Below, piece by piece: positions 48,712-58,507 of a DNA stretch of 64,000 bases; positions within the stretch are counted from its first letter, which is position 1, and every line of letters begins with the position of its first letter. The notes under the pieces were generated by a model. The model was not told the origin of the DNA, did no database searches, and saw only the letters and a list, made by a program, of their open reading frames with translations. A program made the translations under genes and the position numbers. The stretch lies in sequence record SRR2962707_526, one strand, 5' to 3'.

Positions 48712-50019
48712 TTACTTACTCTTATGACTGCGCTCTGCGTTTTTTTGTGGCGCGTCGCTTTTTGACTTAATCGGATGTTTAGGTTTTGTGCCTGTTCTTG
48801 GTTTCGATGGGCCTTTTCGCTCTGGCGCTTTGCTCTTACGAACAAAATTCAACACAGAAACGGGTACTGTTTTTCGAACCGGGAATTCATCGATTTCTTC
48901 ACGTTCGATAACATGTTTCAAACGGCTTTCAATCGCGCATAGGTTTTTAAAGTCACCCATAGCAACAAAAGAAATGGCTTCACCGTCTGCACCAGCACGG
49001 CCAGTTCGACCGATACGGTGAACGTATTCTTCTGGCTTGAATGGCAAATCGTAGTTAACAACACGGCTTAGATCGCCAATGTCGATACCGCGTGCGGCAA
49101 CGCCGGTTGCGACTAAGTATTTTAATTTACCGGATTTGAAATCAGCCAGAATCTTTTCACGCATGGCTTGGCTTCTATCACCATGAATCGAGTCTGCTAC
49201 TATGCCGCGCTTGGCAAGTTGAGCAACAAGCTTGGCAGCACCGTGTTTTTTCTCAATGAAAATCAGCGCCTGATCCCATTGGTGTTCCTTGATCAAATGG
49301 CTAAGCAATGCTGATTTAGTGTCTTTATCAACCGTGATTAACCACTGTTTGATGGTTGGTGCTGTTTTGGTACGCGGTGAAATTTTGATTTCTGTTGCGG
49401 CTTCACTGACCTTGCTGTCAGCAAAATCGTAAGAAAGTGAGCGTACACTGTCTGTTATGGTTGCTGAGAAAAAGAGATTTTGACGGTGCTGAGGTAGGCG
49501 ATCTAATATTTTATACAAATCGTCTGAGAAGCCCATGTCGATCATTCGATCGGCTTCGTCCAACACTAATACTTCAAGCTCATCAAAGTGAATCGCACGT
49601 TGATGCGCTAAATCAAGCAATCGGCCAGGCGTCGCGACCAGAATATCAACACCTTCAATTAGGCGTTGCTTTTGTGGCTCTATATCCACACCACCGTAAA
49701 CGGCCATAGACGTGAGCTTTAAGTTTTTGCTGTACAGAGCAATATTGGCTTCTACCTGCACGGATAATTCACGTGTTGGTGTCAGGATAAGTGCGTGTAC
49801 GCGTTTGCCGCGTAGGGTGCGTTCTTTATTCAGCTTTTCTAGAATCGGTAGAACAAACGCCGCCGTTTTACCGGTACCGGTTTGCGAGGTTGCGACTAGA
49901 TCTTTACCAGCAAGGATAACCGGAATGGCTTGTCGCTGAATTTCGGTAGGGGTGCGGTAACCCAGTACTTTGGTGGCTTTTACAAGAGGGCTGGATAACC
50001 CTAGTTTTGAAAATGGCAT
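48712..50019 (-). CDS. DEAD-box RNA helicase (RhlE-like)
   Basis: Q motif, SQTGTGKT, PTREL, TPGRL, DEAD, SAT, ARGID, HRIGRTGR, basic tail. Confidence 0.93.
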   Translation of the reverse strand: MPFSKLGLSSPLVKATKVLGYRTPTEIQRQAIPVILAGKDLVATSQTGTGKTAAFVLPILEKLNKERTLRGKRVHALILTPTRELSVQVEANIALYSKNLKLTSMAVYGGVDIEPQKQRLIEGVDILVATPGRLLDLAHQRAIHFDELEVLVLDEADRMIDMGFSDDLYKILDRLPQHRQNLFFSATITDSVRSLSYDFADSKVSEAATEIKISPRTKTAPTIKQWLITVDKDTKSALLSHLIKEHQWDQALIFIEKKHGAAKLVAQLAKRGIVADSIHGDRSQAMREKILADFKSGKLKYLVATGVAARGIDIGDLSRVVNYDLPFKPEEYVHRIGRTGRAGADGEAISFVAMGDFKNLCAIESRLKHVIEREEIDEFPVRKTVPVSVLNFVRKSKAPERKGPSKPRTGTKPKHPIKSKSDAPQKNAERSHKSK

Positions 50020-50277
50020 AGAGGCTCGGACAGATTGTCATAAGGAGAGTAGCGCGCAGTATAACGTAAAACGCCTCTTATCGTTGCCTGATTCTTGCAA
50101 AATAAGACATGATATTGAGAATCAAAAAGGCACCCTTGGTAAGTCAATGTAAGCGCTGTTGTTGACCCTTTGTTTATGGGGTTTAAAGGAGAGCGGCATG
50201 ATTTGGGGTCTGCCATCAAACGTGGGTTGTGTTAAAGTCTAGAATTTACAATCCTTTCCCCTTTAAGGAGTTTTTTT

Positions 50278-50673
50278 ATGTCCGGTATGATGGACCTTAA
50301 TGAGCTGTTAAGCAGCATGTCACCTAAGTTACAAGCAGAAGAATTTGTATTTTGTACAAGCAAAGACGCTGACTTTGATTATAAAGATTTGTTGCCAGTG
50401 GCGACATTTCGCGAAGCAGAAGGGCTAACGCTGATCCTACCGTTGGCGTCGGCTAAGCAAGCGGGTTTTGATTGCGATGGTGTCTACAAACAAATTACGT
50501 TAACGGTTCATTCAAGCTTAGAAGCCGTTGGTTTAACCGCCGCCATTGCTGCAAAACTTACCGAGAAAGGCATCAGCGCAAATGTTGTTGCTGCGTATTA
50601 TCATGACCATATTTTTGTCCAGAAAGACAAAGCTGAAGCGGCTATGTCGGCGTTACAAGAATTAATCGGCTAG
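50278..50673 (+). CDS. ACT-domain protein (DUF2241-like)
   Basis: FREAEGLTL, ITLTVHSSLEAVGLTA, GISANVVAAYYHDHIFV. Confidence 0.85.
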   Translation: MSGMMDLNELLSSMSPKLQAEEFVFCTSKDADFDYKDLLPVATFREAEGLTLILPLASAKQAGFDCDGVYKQITLTVHSSLEAVGLTAAIAAKLTEKGISANVVAAYYHDHIFVQKDKAEAAMSALQELIG

Positions 50674-50694
50674 CGCCTTGTCTCTTCGGAAATA

Positions 50695-50736
50695 CAAATA
50701 AAAATGGCCGCTGTCTACAGCGGCCATTTTTATTTG
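50695..50736. terminator. Bidirectional intrinsic terminator
   Basis: Perfect 20-bp inverted repeat CAAATAAAAATGGCCGCTGT-ct-ACAGCGGCCATTTTTATTTG between convergent genes. Confidence 0.85.
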
Positions 50737-50779
50737 GGCATTGCCCAGTGTCTTTTTCGTTTCGCCCTTTACTCTAAGG

Positions 50780-51151
50780 TTAGGCGAAGCGTTTCTCTAG
50801 ATAGCGAATGATATCTGAAGATTCGTACATCCATTCTACTTTGCCATCTTGCTCAATGCGCAAACAAGGCACTTTGACTCGACCACCGCCTTCTAGTAAC
50901 GCCTTGCGATGTGGAGACCCTTCAGATGCGCTGCGCTTTTCAATTGGCAGGTTCAGCTTGTATATTGCGCGGCGAGTTTTGATGCAGAAAGGGCAGGCGA
51001 AGAATTGGTAAAGCGTTAGGTCTTTTGCAGCCATATTGACGGCTTGTTGCTTTTCTGGGGTACGCTTTACTTTTGATCCTCGGGTGACAAGATCAATGGT
51101 TGCGATGATAGCGCCTAGCAGGTTACGGATTAGATTAATAAGTATTTTCAT
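50780..51151 (-). CDS. Glutaredoxin/GST-N domain protein
   Basis: CPFC, KVPCL, YESSDII.YL. Confidence 0.88.
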   Translation of the reverse strand: MKILINLIRNLLGAIIATIDLVTRGSKVKRTPEKQQAVNMAAKDLTLYQFFACPFCIKTRRAIYKLNLPIEKRSASEGSPHRKALLEGGGRVKVPCLRIEQDGKVEWMYESSDIIRYLEKRFA

Positions 51152-51464
51152 GCGAGTAGCTTGTTTGCCTTCTTAATAAATAGGAATGGTATCAAATTGT
51201 GCTCATTCTAGCGGTAATGCACCAATTGTATAAGTGCTAGCAGCGAATGTTTTTTGAGGCTATGACTGACGGTGTCTTTTCCAGACCGTTCGGAGCGTTC
51301 GGTTCGCCCCGTTTTTTGAGATGGCTTTGGTTGTTTCGAGGCCGCCATTATGAGATTTTTACTGTGTTTTTTGAGCACTCGTTAACAAGGACACGTTTTT
51401 TGTTAAGGTCTTGTTCTTTAAGTCTGATGGCGTTATTTAAACCAATAAAAATAGGATGTTTGTA

Positions 51465-51995
51465 ATGTTAAAAAAGTCTCTTCTGGTGTGTTTGTCAATG
51501 GCATCGTTTTCGTGTTTTGCGGCCACGCCTACCTCACTTAGCCTTTTTCAAACCGTTAACGAAAGATTGAGTTACATGGAAGATGTTGCTTTGTACAAGG
51601 CTCAACATCATAAAGCCATTGAAGACTTACCTCGTGAAGCGGTTGTGATTAGCAAGGCGGGCGAATCGGCCCAAAAGTATCAGCTTAATAAAGCCAGTAT
51701 AGAAAATTTTACCGCCGCTCAAATTAGTGTCGCCAAAGCGATTCAATATCGCTACCGTGCCGACTTGCTGAGCAAGCCGACAGACTCTAAACCTCGAGAT
51801 TTAACAACCGTTATTCGACCAGCCCTAATTCAATTAAATAATGAGCTGAATAAAAACTTATCCACTTATTTGGCATCAGGTCATAAAATTACTCAGAATG
51901 ATTGGCCAGAATTTAAAGACACCTTGGACAACCACTACATAAGTGAGTCCGATAAACGTATGTTATTTACCGCATTAGAAAAGATAAAACGTTAA
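51465..51995 (+). CDS. Exported chorismate mutase (AroQ gamma subclass)
   Basis: Signal peptide; ERL..M.DVA.YK, IED..RE, AQI..AK.IQ, DL..IRP.L; ATG 51465 fits the AGGA SD (ORF track 51456). Confidence 0.85.
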   Translation: MLKKSLLVCLSMASFSCFAATPTSLSLFQTVNERLSYMEDVALYKAQHHKAIEDLPREAVVISKAGESAQKYQLNKASIENFTAAQISVAKAIQYRYRADLLSKPTDSKPRDLTTVIRPALIQLNNELNKNLSTYLASGHKITQNDWPEFKDTLDNHYISESDKRMLFTALEKIKR

Positions 51996-52498
51996 ATGAC
52001 GCTCATGGCATGTTAAAGAATATTGGCTTTTTTAATCGCCAATACTCAACGTAAAATAAGTCGCTGCCAGTTGGAAGGGTTTTCGGGCTGGCACCGCTCA
52101 TTAATAGCATGATGTATTATTCATGCTTGGAAATTGTCTTAAGTCATGCTGTCAGCTTTCTTGCTGTTATCTCCTCATTTGCTACAAGTTAACCCATTTC
52201 GAAGACCTCTTCTTTCCTGTAATAATATAGTTATGCCACACGGATTAACTGTGTCGTATTGAGAATGAAGCCTTAGGGCGGTTTAAATTGTGTTTGGTTT
52301 TTACCCACAGACCGAGCGAAAATAGAGCAGGGTTTTGGCCTTGTAATCGCCAATGAATCAAAAGAGAGAGAAGGGTTCAGGCTTCATGTTAACGAATGAA
52401 TTTTATCGTGGAATACGCTGTTTCTAAAAACGGCTGATTGGGTTTTGTTAGCGCGTTTAATCAATGCCGTATCACGATGTTAATAATGAGGTAATAAC

Positions 52499-52969
52499 AT
52501 GACAGACATTAATATTGGTATTAATAAAGAAAACCGATCTGAAATTTCAGAGGGATTAAAGCGTCTTTTAGCCGATTCCTATACCTTGTATTTACAAACT
52601 CATAATTTCCATTGGAACGTGACCGGCCTTCAGTTCCGCGAACTTCACCTAATGTTTGAAGAGCAATATCAAGAGTTGGCAACCGCGGTAGATGACATTG
52701 CTGAGCGTATTCGTACTCTTGATGTGCCCGCGCCTGCTACCTATAAAGAATTTGCCAAACTGACTTCTATTGAAGAAGTAGAGGGTGTTCCTAGCTCTGC
52801 GCAGATGGTTAAACTATTAACCAAAGGCCACGAACAAGTCATCAGAACCGCTCGCAAGGTGTTAAAAGTGGCTCAAGAAGCGGGCGATGAATCTTCAGCT
52901 TCTTTGGTCTCTGATCGTATGCGAACCCATGAAAAAACCGCTTGGATGTTGAGAGCGACTCAAGCCTAA
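52499..52969 (+). CDS. dps: Dps-family ferritin-like DNA-protection protein
   Basis: [34 protein letters not shown]. Confidence 0.92.
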   Translation: MTDINIGINKENRSEISEGLKRLLADSYTLYLQTHNFHWNVTGLQFRELHLMFEEQYQELATAVDDIAERIRTLDVPAPATYKEFAKLTSIEEVEGVPSSAQMVKLLTKGHEQVIRTARKVLKVAQEAGDESSASLVSDRMRTHEKTAWMLRATQA

Positions 52970-52979
52970 CCCGTATCAG

Positions 52980-53007
52980 GCCAGTGACATCATGTCGCTG
53001 GCTTTTT
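52980..53007 (+). terminator. Intrinsic terminator after dps
   Basis: GCCAGTGACAT-c-ATGTCGCTGGC-TTTTT. Confidence 0.75.
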
Positions 53008-53064
53008 CCCCTACGAACACCATCGCCCTAGATAACTCAATACCAAACCGCTTACGGACTCTGT

Positions 53065-53850
53065 CTATTGGGCTGCGTTATTCGCGTTAGGGTCTTGTCG
53101 ATAAAACTGACACAGCAGGCGATACACCTCAGGCATGTGTTTTTTCATTTTGTGAGGCGCTTCGAAAAAGGTTTCACTGCACACCGCAAAAAATTCAGCA
53201 GGATTGGTCAGCGCATATTCATCAAGAGGCAGTGGGCGATGATGTTCCCAGTCGCTGGATAAACGATCCCAAGCGGCGCTAAAGGTGTGATGCCATTCAC
53301 CTGGTCGCATGTCTGGGTGCATCGGTGGAGCCCCATTGGCGCCATCGCGTAGCATGTCCAGTTTATGGGCAAACTCATGAATCACGACGTTGCTTGCATG
53401 GCCGTGTCTGGCATGGGCGCCAGTCTCACAAATCGATTCCCATGACAGTATTAAAGGCCCACGGAGCCAAGCTTCGCCACTCAAACCAGGGGCCTGACTA
53501 TGAACGACGCCATCGTCACTTTGATAAGGGCGATTTGGAATAAAGTCCCCTTGATAGAGGATGATCGTGCTCCAATGGTCGTACCAGTGCAGCCCTAGAT
53601 GCAAGATGGGCACGCATGCCATGGTCGCAAGGCGCAAGCACATGTCATTGGTTAGCTCTGCTCCGCCGCCAGGAGAAATGGTTTTATGGACAAGAAAGCG
53701 CAGGGTCAGTTGGCGTAAAGCGTCGCGCTCTTCACCTTGATAGCGTGTCATTACAGGCCAGCTAGCGACAGCGGCTTCCCATTGCTCTGGCGTGATCTCA
53801 AGCTGATCGATGTGACGCGCTTCCCACCAGTGACTGAGTTTATTGAACAT
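53065..53850 (-). CDS. MtfA/M90-family zinc peptidase
   Basis: SGEAW..GP.ILSW, NVVIHEFAHKLD, YALTNPAEFFAV.SE.FF; ATG 53850 preferred (ORF track GTG 53874). Confidence 0.88.
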   Translation of the reverse strand: MFNKLSHWWEARHIDQLEITPEQWEAAVASWPVMTRYQGEERDALRQLTLRFLVHKTISPGGGAELTNDMCLRLATMACVPILHLGLHWYDHWSTIILYQGDFIPNRPYQSDDGVVHSQAPGLSGEAWLRGPLILSWESICETGAHARHGHASNVVIHEFAHKLDMLRDGANGAPPMHPDMRPGEWHHTFSAAWDRLSSDWEHHRPLPLDEYALTNPAEFFAVCSETFFEAPHKMKKHMPEVYRLLCQFYRQDPNANNAAQ

Positions 53851-54058
53851 GAGAATACCTTGATAAGTGGCCAATGACAGTCAGAAAAACGTTATTTTAG
53901 GCGCAAATAAAGTTGCTAACACAGGCATGAATCAGAGATTATTATCTTCTGATTGTCGTGTGAAAAGTTTTTGGGCATAAACAGGCGACTCTGCCGTTAT
54001 AATCAGCATTATAAACCATCATTGATGAAACTAAATACAGCCATAAAAAGGGTTCAAC

Positions 54059-54340
54059 ATGCACGTGGATAAAGCGCAAAAACGTATCGCGAAACAAGTA
54101 AAAAAAGGTTTCAAAGGGTACCCCGCTATTTCATTAGAATATTTTGGTAAGACAAAAGAGTTGGCAACAGAAGTGGCGATTAGCTTTGTGATGGAAGAGG
54201 GCGACGCGCCACAAGAGCAACGTTTCTCATGCGAAACAGATGTGCGCGAAGACGAAACGATCCAGTCCGTATTGGTTAAAATTATTGAACGAGCTGACGC
54301 TAAAAGTGTGACCGAAGTAGCGGGTGTGACCCTGCTATAA
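54059..54340 (+). CDS. Small hypothetical protein (93 aa)
   Basis: Compact ORF with AAGGG SD, protein-like composition, followed by a strong terminator. Confidence 0.7.
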   Translation: MHVDKAQKRIAKQVKKGFKGYPAISLEYFGKTKELATEVAISFVMEEGDAPQEQRFSCETDVREDETIQSVLVKIIERADAKSVTEVAGVTLL

Positions 54341-54373
54341 AGCGCCAGAACGCGCGTTAGAACCCCTTGTCCT

Positions 54374-54417
54374 ATAAAAAAACGGGGCGTCATTGTGATG
54401 ACGCCCCGTTTTTTTAT
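54374..54417 (+). terminator. Intrinsic terminator
   Basis: Perfect 20-bp inverted repeat ATAAAAAAACGGGGCGTCAT-tgtg-ATGACGCCCCGTTTTTTTAT. Confidence 0.85.
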
Positions 54418-54612
54418 GCTGAGAAGTGGCTCTTGGGCTCTCCCTAGGGTCATGACATTCTGTGTCTTTTCCATGTTTTCTGATGCAAGCCATAGAAATG
54501 TGTTTATTCCATGAATCTCTTTTGCTTGCCGTAGCCTGTGCCCTTCTCTGGGGTGTACCCTTTATTCCAACCGATTTTTGAATGCGTGTTTTAACGCGCT
54601 TATTAGTAAGGA

Positions 54613-55617
54613 ATGTCCATGTCATCTGCTGTTTCTGTTGGTCCATTAAAACGTTTACGTCGTCTTCGGGGCACGCCTGCCATGCGGGATTTAGTGCGCG
54701 AGCATGACTTTTCTTTGAGCGATTTAATTTACCCCTTGTTCATCGAAGAAGACATTAATAAGGCGATACCTCTGACGAAGTTGCCGGGTATTTTTCGTTT
54801 ACCGGAACAGGATTTAGCACAAGAGGCAAAGGACTTGTTTGCCTTGGGGATTCGCTATGTTATGCCATTTGGTATTAGTCATCACAAAGACGCACTAGGC
54901 AGCGATACTTGGCAAGACGACGGTTTGCTAGCACGGATGATTTTAACCATCAAAGAGGCGTGCCCAGAGATGGTGGTGATTCCTGATATTTGTTTTTGTG
55001 AATATACAGATCACGGTCATTGTGGCGTAGTGCACAACGGCGATGTGGAAAATGACTCAAGCGTTCACAACCTAGTAAAACAGTGTATTACCGCGGCTAA
55101 GGCTGGCGCGGATATGCTGGCACCATCGGCGATGATGGATGGACAAGTGCTGGCTATTCGTCAAGGATTGGACAACGCAGGCTATAAAAATGTGGGCATT
55201 TTGGCCCATTCGGCGAAATTTGCTTCCTCTTTTTATGGACCTTTTCGCGAAGCGGTCGAAAGCGAACTGGATGGCGATAGAAAATCGTATCAACTCGATT
55301 GCGCTAACGGCCGTCAGGCTATGCAAGAAGCGTTATTGGATGAGCAAGAGGGCGCTGATATCTTGATGGTTAAGCCAGGTACACCCTATTTGGATGTGTT
55401 GGCCAATTTACGCAAAGAGACACATCTTCCACTGGCGTCTTACCAAGTAGGCGGTGAGTACGCAGGCATCAAGTTTGCTGCGCTGGCGGGCGCACTGGAT
55501 GAGCAACAAGCGGTGTTTGAAACTCTGGTTGGTTTTAAACGGGCAGGGGCTTCGTTGATTGTGACGTATTATGCGAAACAAGTGGCAGAGTGGTTAGCAG
55601 AAGACGCCATGAGTTAA
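54613..55617 (+). CDS. hemB: Porphobilinogen synthase (Zn-dependent ALAD)
   Basis: RLRRLR, DICFCEYTDHGHCG, APSAMMDG, AKFASSFYGPFR, MVKPG, YQVGGEY; start may be ATG 54619. Confidence 0.95.
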   Translation: MSMSSAVSVGPLKRLRRLRGTPAMRDLVREHDFSLSDLIYPLFIEEDINKAIPLTKLPGIFRLPEQDLAQEAKDLFALGIRYVMPFGISHHKDALGSDTWQDDGLLARMILTIKEACPEMVVIPDICFCEYTDHGHCGVVHNGDVENDSSVHNLVKQCITAAKAGADMLAPSAMMDGQVLAIRQGLDNAGYKNVGILAHSAKFASSFYGPFREAVESELDGDRKSYQLDCANGRQAMQEALLDEQEGADILMVKPGTPYLDVLANLRKETHLPLASYQVGGEYAGIKFAALAGALDEQQAVFETLVGFKRAGASLIVTYYAKQVAEWLAEDAMS

Positions 55618-55669
55618 CACGATGCGCTGGCTTTTACGGCAAGCCATCAGCCAGTAAGGCGAGGGATAA

Positions 55670-55703
55670 AAAAACGGCCAATCGGAAACGATTGGCCGTT
55701 TTT
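55670..55703. terminator. Bidirectional intrinsic terminator
   Basis: AAAAACGGCCAATCG-GAAA-CGATTGGCCGTTTTT between convergent hemB and the symporter. Confidence 0.88.
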
Positions 55704-55733
55704 CTTATCAAGAAAGCGTATTAGCAATAGACG

Positions 55734-57248
55734 TTATTTGTTTTTCGCATCTTCTGCTTGTTGCTTTTCATAACGCTCTTCCCAGAAATCAGCGCCTTTA
55801 ATGCCAAGGGCTTTCGGGTTAAACGTGTATTTTTCAACGCCTTCGGCTTTTTGACGTTCATAGTCACGAAGGGTTTTCATCGTTGGCTTCGCGAGGAAGA
55901 AGATAACCAAAATACCAACAATGTTTATCCAAGCCATTAAGCCAACGCCAACATCACCCAGGTTCCAAATGTAACCTGCTGTGTTAACGGTACCGTATGC
56001 CACCATGAACATGATCAAGAGTTTCACTAAGGTTAGTGGAATGTTGAATTTTAATGCACGGCGTAGGTAGGCTACGTTGGTTTCGGCAATATAGTAGTAA
56101 GCCAAGATAGTGGTGAAGGCGAAGAAGAAGAGCGCGACGCCAACAAACACTGGACCAACACCACCAAATACACTGGCTAAAGCCATTTGTGTGAAGGCAG
56201 GAGAAGAAATGATTGTTGATGGGTCAACGTGTTGAACGATGAACTGACCATCAGGTAGGCTACCCTGAATATTATATTGCTGGGTAATCAAGATCATCAA
56301 TGCGGTTGCCGTACAGATAAACAGCGTATCCACATACACAGAGAAGGCTTGAACAAGACCTTGTTGTGCAGGGTGCTCTACTTCTGCAGCGGCGGCGGCG
56401 TGAGGGCCTGTACCTTGACCTGCTTCGTTGGAATAAACACCACGTTTTACACCCCAACCGATCGCCGCACCAAAGCCTGCTTGAGCAGTAAAGGCGTCAG
56501 AGAAGATCAGTTTGAAGATATCTGGCACTTGGTGAATGTTTAGAAAGACAACGATCAACGCCATGACAATGTAACCCAATGCCATGAAAGGAACGATGAT
56601 TTGTGTGAAGTTGGCAATTCGCTTAATGCCGCCAAAGATGATGAAGGCCAAGACCAACAAAATCACCGCCAAAGCCACCAATTTGGTTGAGCTAACGTCA
56701 CCGAATGAGCTTGATACTATGTTACCTGGCCCGAAAATTTCTACTACGGCGTTGCCTACAGCATTGGCTTGGATGCCTGGTAAGAAAATACCACATGCAA
56801 TAATAGAAGACAGGGCGAATAAAATGCCCAACCAGCGCCAGCCAAGGCAGCGATCAAAATAATACGCTGGGCCACCACGATATTGACCGTCTTCACTGAC
56901 TTTGTAAAGTTGACCTAATGTAGATTCCGCGTACGCCGTACTAGCGCCTAAGAAAGCCACAACCCACATCCAGAAAACAGCACCAGGGCCACCAAAACCA
57001 ATGGCTGCGGCAACACCTGCGATATTACCCACACCAACACGGCCAGATAAAGAGACTGCTAAGGCTTGAAAAGAAGAAATGCCTTTATCTGAATCGTTTG
57101 AGTTGAGTAGTAAGCTGCACATTTCTTTGAAATGTCTGACTTGGGCGAAACGAGTAAGTACGGAATAGAATAATCCTGCGCCTAGGCACAGATAGATTAA
57201 CACTGGGCTCCAAATGACTCCGTTTAAGAAATCAATGAATGCTTGCAT
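55734..57248 (-). CDS. Alanine/glycine:cation symporter (AGCS)
   Basis: SSFQAL, VGVGNIAGVA, GGPGAVFWMW, RGGPAYY, RGVYSNEAGQG, FAFTTI. Confidence 0.93.
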   Translation of the reverse strand: MQAFIDFLNGVIWSPVLIYLCLGAGLFYSVLTRFAQVRHFKEMCSLLLNSNDSDKGISSFQALAVSLSGRVGVGNIAGVAAAIGFGGPGAVFWMWVVAFLGASTAYAESTLGQLYKVSEDGQYRGGPAYYFDRCLGWRWLGILFALSSIIACGIFLPGIQANAVGNAVVEIFGPGNIVSSSFGDVSSTKLVALAVILLVLAFIIFGGIKRIANFTQIIVPFMALGYIVMALIVVFLNIHQVPDIFKLIFSDAFTAQAGFGAAIGWGVKRGVYSNEAGQGTGPHAAAAAEVEHPAQQGLVQAFSVYVDTLFICTATALMILITQQYNIQGSLPDGQFIVQHVDPSTIISSPAFTQMALASVFGGVGPVFVGVALFFFAFTTILAYYYIAETNVAYLRRALKFNIPLTLVKLLIMFMVAYGTVNTAGYIWNLGDVGVGLMAWINIVGILVIFFLAKPTMKTLRDYERQKAEGVEKYTFNPKALGIKGADFWEERYEKQQAEDAKNK

Positions 57249-57411
57249 ATGAAATTCTCCAAAGTGATTGCTTGGTAAGCATTGTTATAATTTTTTACAG
57301 AGGATGATTGGGTGCCAATTCCTCTGATGCCGATAGAGAACAAACCAACAGCGTTGAGGGGAACGCGTTAGTAAATTGGCTTGGTAAAAATAAAGGCGGT
57401 AGCAATCTAGC

Positions 57412-57445
57412 ATGAAAAATGGAAATGAAAAATGGAAATGAAAAA
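57412..57445. repeat. 13-bp tandem repeat (ATGAAAAATGGAA) x2.6
   Basis: ATGAAAAATGGAA ATGAAAAATGGAA ATGAAAAA upstream of the AGCS symporter. Confidence 0.85.
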
Positions 57446-57592
57446 GAAAATCGGACTTTCTTGATAAAAAGAAAGCTTTTTCTGATAAAACAATCAGATG
57501 TGATGGTTTTTTGAACAGCTTTTAAAGGCAAAAATGAGAAAGTGAGTCTTATGGTCACTTTCTCTTGTTGAGGATTCTATGAGGTTAGAGGG

Positions 57593-58285
57593 CTATTTGA
57601 ATAAATAGTGAGCGATAACCTCTTTTTGTTGTCCCCATTGGTCGGAAATACCCACACCGATACCGACAATCTGCCCTGTTGCTTGAGGCGGATTGGCTTT
57701 CATTTTGCTGTTAAATGTTGCGAGTTTCGGACTTTTTTCGTTCGCAAGTAGGGTCAAATGAGGCTGAAAGTTTTGGAACACGTTAGGGCTACCATAACGT
57801 TGAAAAGCGGCCAATTTATTTGGAAAGTGTTTCACCCAAGTTGGCAGCGTGGCCTGTTTATCACGCAGTGGCTCTATGGCTAAGGTGATTTCGTCCGCCA
57901 GTCTTTGTAGCCTAGTTGAGGGGACCAAATCGAGAAAGGCCCAATGGCTTTGGGTAACGGTTAAGCCTTTTGCTTGAATGGGGAATGGCTGAAAACGAGC
58001 GACCACTTTTTTCACTTCTTCTAAAATGGCGCCTTCAGAACCTTCTGGAAAGTCAGTGAGATATAAAGTGGCGTGAACAGGAAAGCCTTTTTCGTAAAAC
58101 GTCGTAATTCCCTCTTTTTTGAGTGAATCACTGGTGGTTTGAACTAAATCTATAATGGGTTGAGAAGGAATGGCAAAAACATTCAAGCTAATGCTTTTTG
58201 TCGCCGCGTTGGCGGAGAATGCAATGAGGCTGAGAATAAATGTCAGCGTGAGTTTTAGCCTAGTAAAACAGTGTGCCCTGATCAT
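57593..58285 (-). CDS. Exported 2H-phosphoesterase-like protein
   Basis: Signal peptide ending ANA; two HxT motifs (VHATL, PHLTL); YGSPNVF. Confidence 0.7.
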   Translation of the reverse strand: MIRAHCFTRLKLTLTFILSLIAFSANAATKSISLNVFAIPSQPIIDLVQTTSDSLKKEGITTFYEKGFPVHATLYLTDFPEGSEGAILEEVKKVVARFQPFPIQAKGLTVTQSHWAFLDLVPSTRLQRLADEITLAIEPLRDKQATLPTWVKHFPNKLAAFQRYGSPNVFQNFQPHLTLLANEKSPKLATFNSKMKANPPQATGQIVGIGVGISDQWGQQKEVIAHYLFK

Positions 58286-58435
58286 ACTTGCGGTCCTTTT
58301 GCAGAGTTAATAAGCCTATGAAAGGCATAGTAAGGGGTGCCATGATAATCAGTAAATAGGTATTTTATGAAATTCAAATGACAAGTCAGAATAAGAGGCT
58401 GGATTATCCGAAGAGGGGCGGCGCTAGTGGTCAAT

Positions 58436-58493
58436 AAAAAAGCCGATTTTCACGCTTTCCAAAGGATTGGATAAACAGCAAAAATCGGCTTTT
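58436..58493 (-). terminator. Terminator after the TAXI-TRAP permease
   Basis: AAAAGCCGATTTT/AAAATCGGCTTTT arms with inner TCCAA/TTGGA stem; U tract on the minus strand. Confidence 0.65.
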
Positions 58494-58507
58494 ACAGTAT
58501 TTTTCTA

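Noticed and set aside
39041-55617. Integron cassette array or genomic island (mosaic of single genes; GCCTAAC at some gene ends)
   Set aside because: No integrase, no paired RYYYAAC...GTTRRRY attC structures, mixed gene orientation, and ordinary terminators.
57249-57592. Glycine riboswitch upstream of the AGCS symporter
   Set aside because: The conserved GGAGA..CCGAAG..CUCUCAGG aptamer elements are not found on the minus strand.
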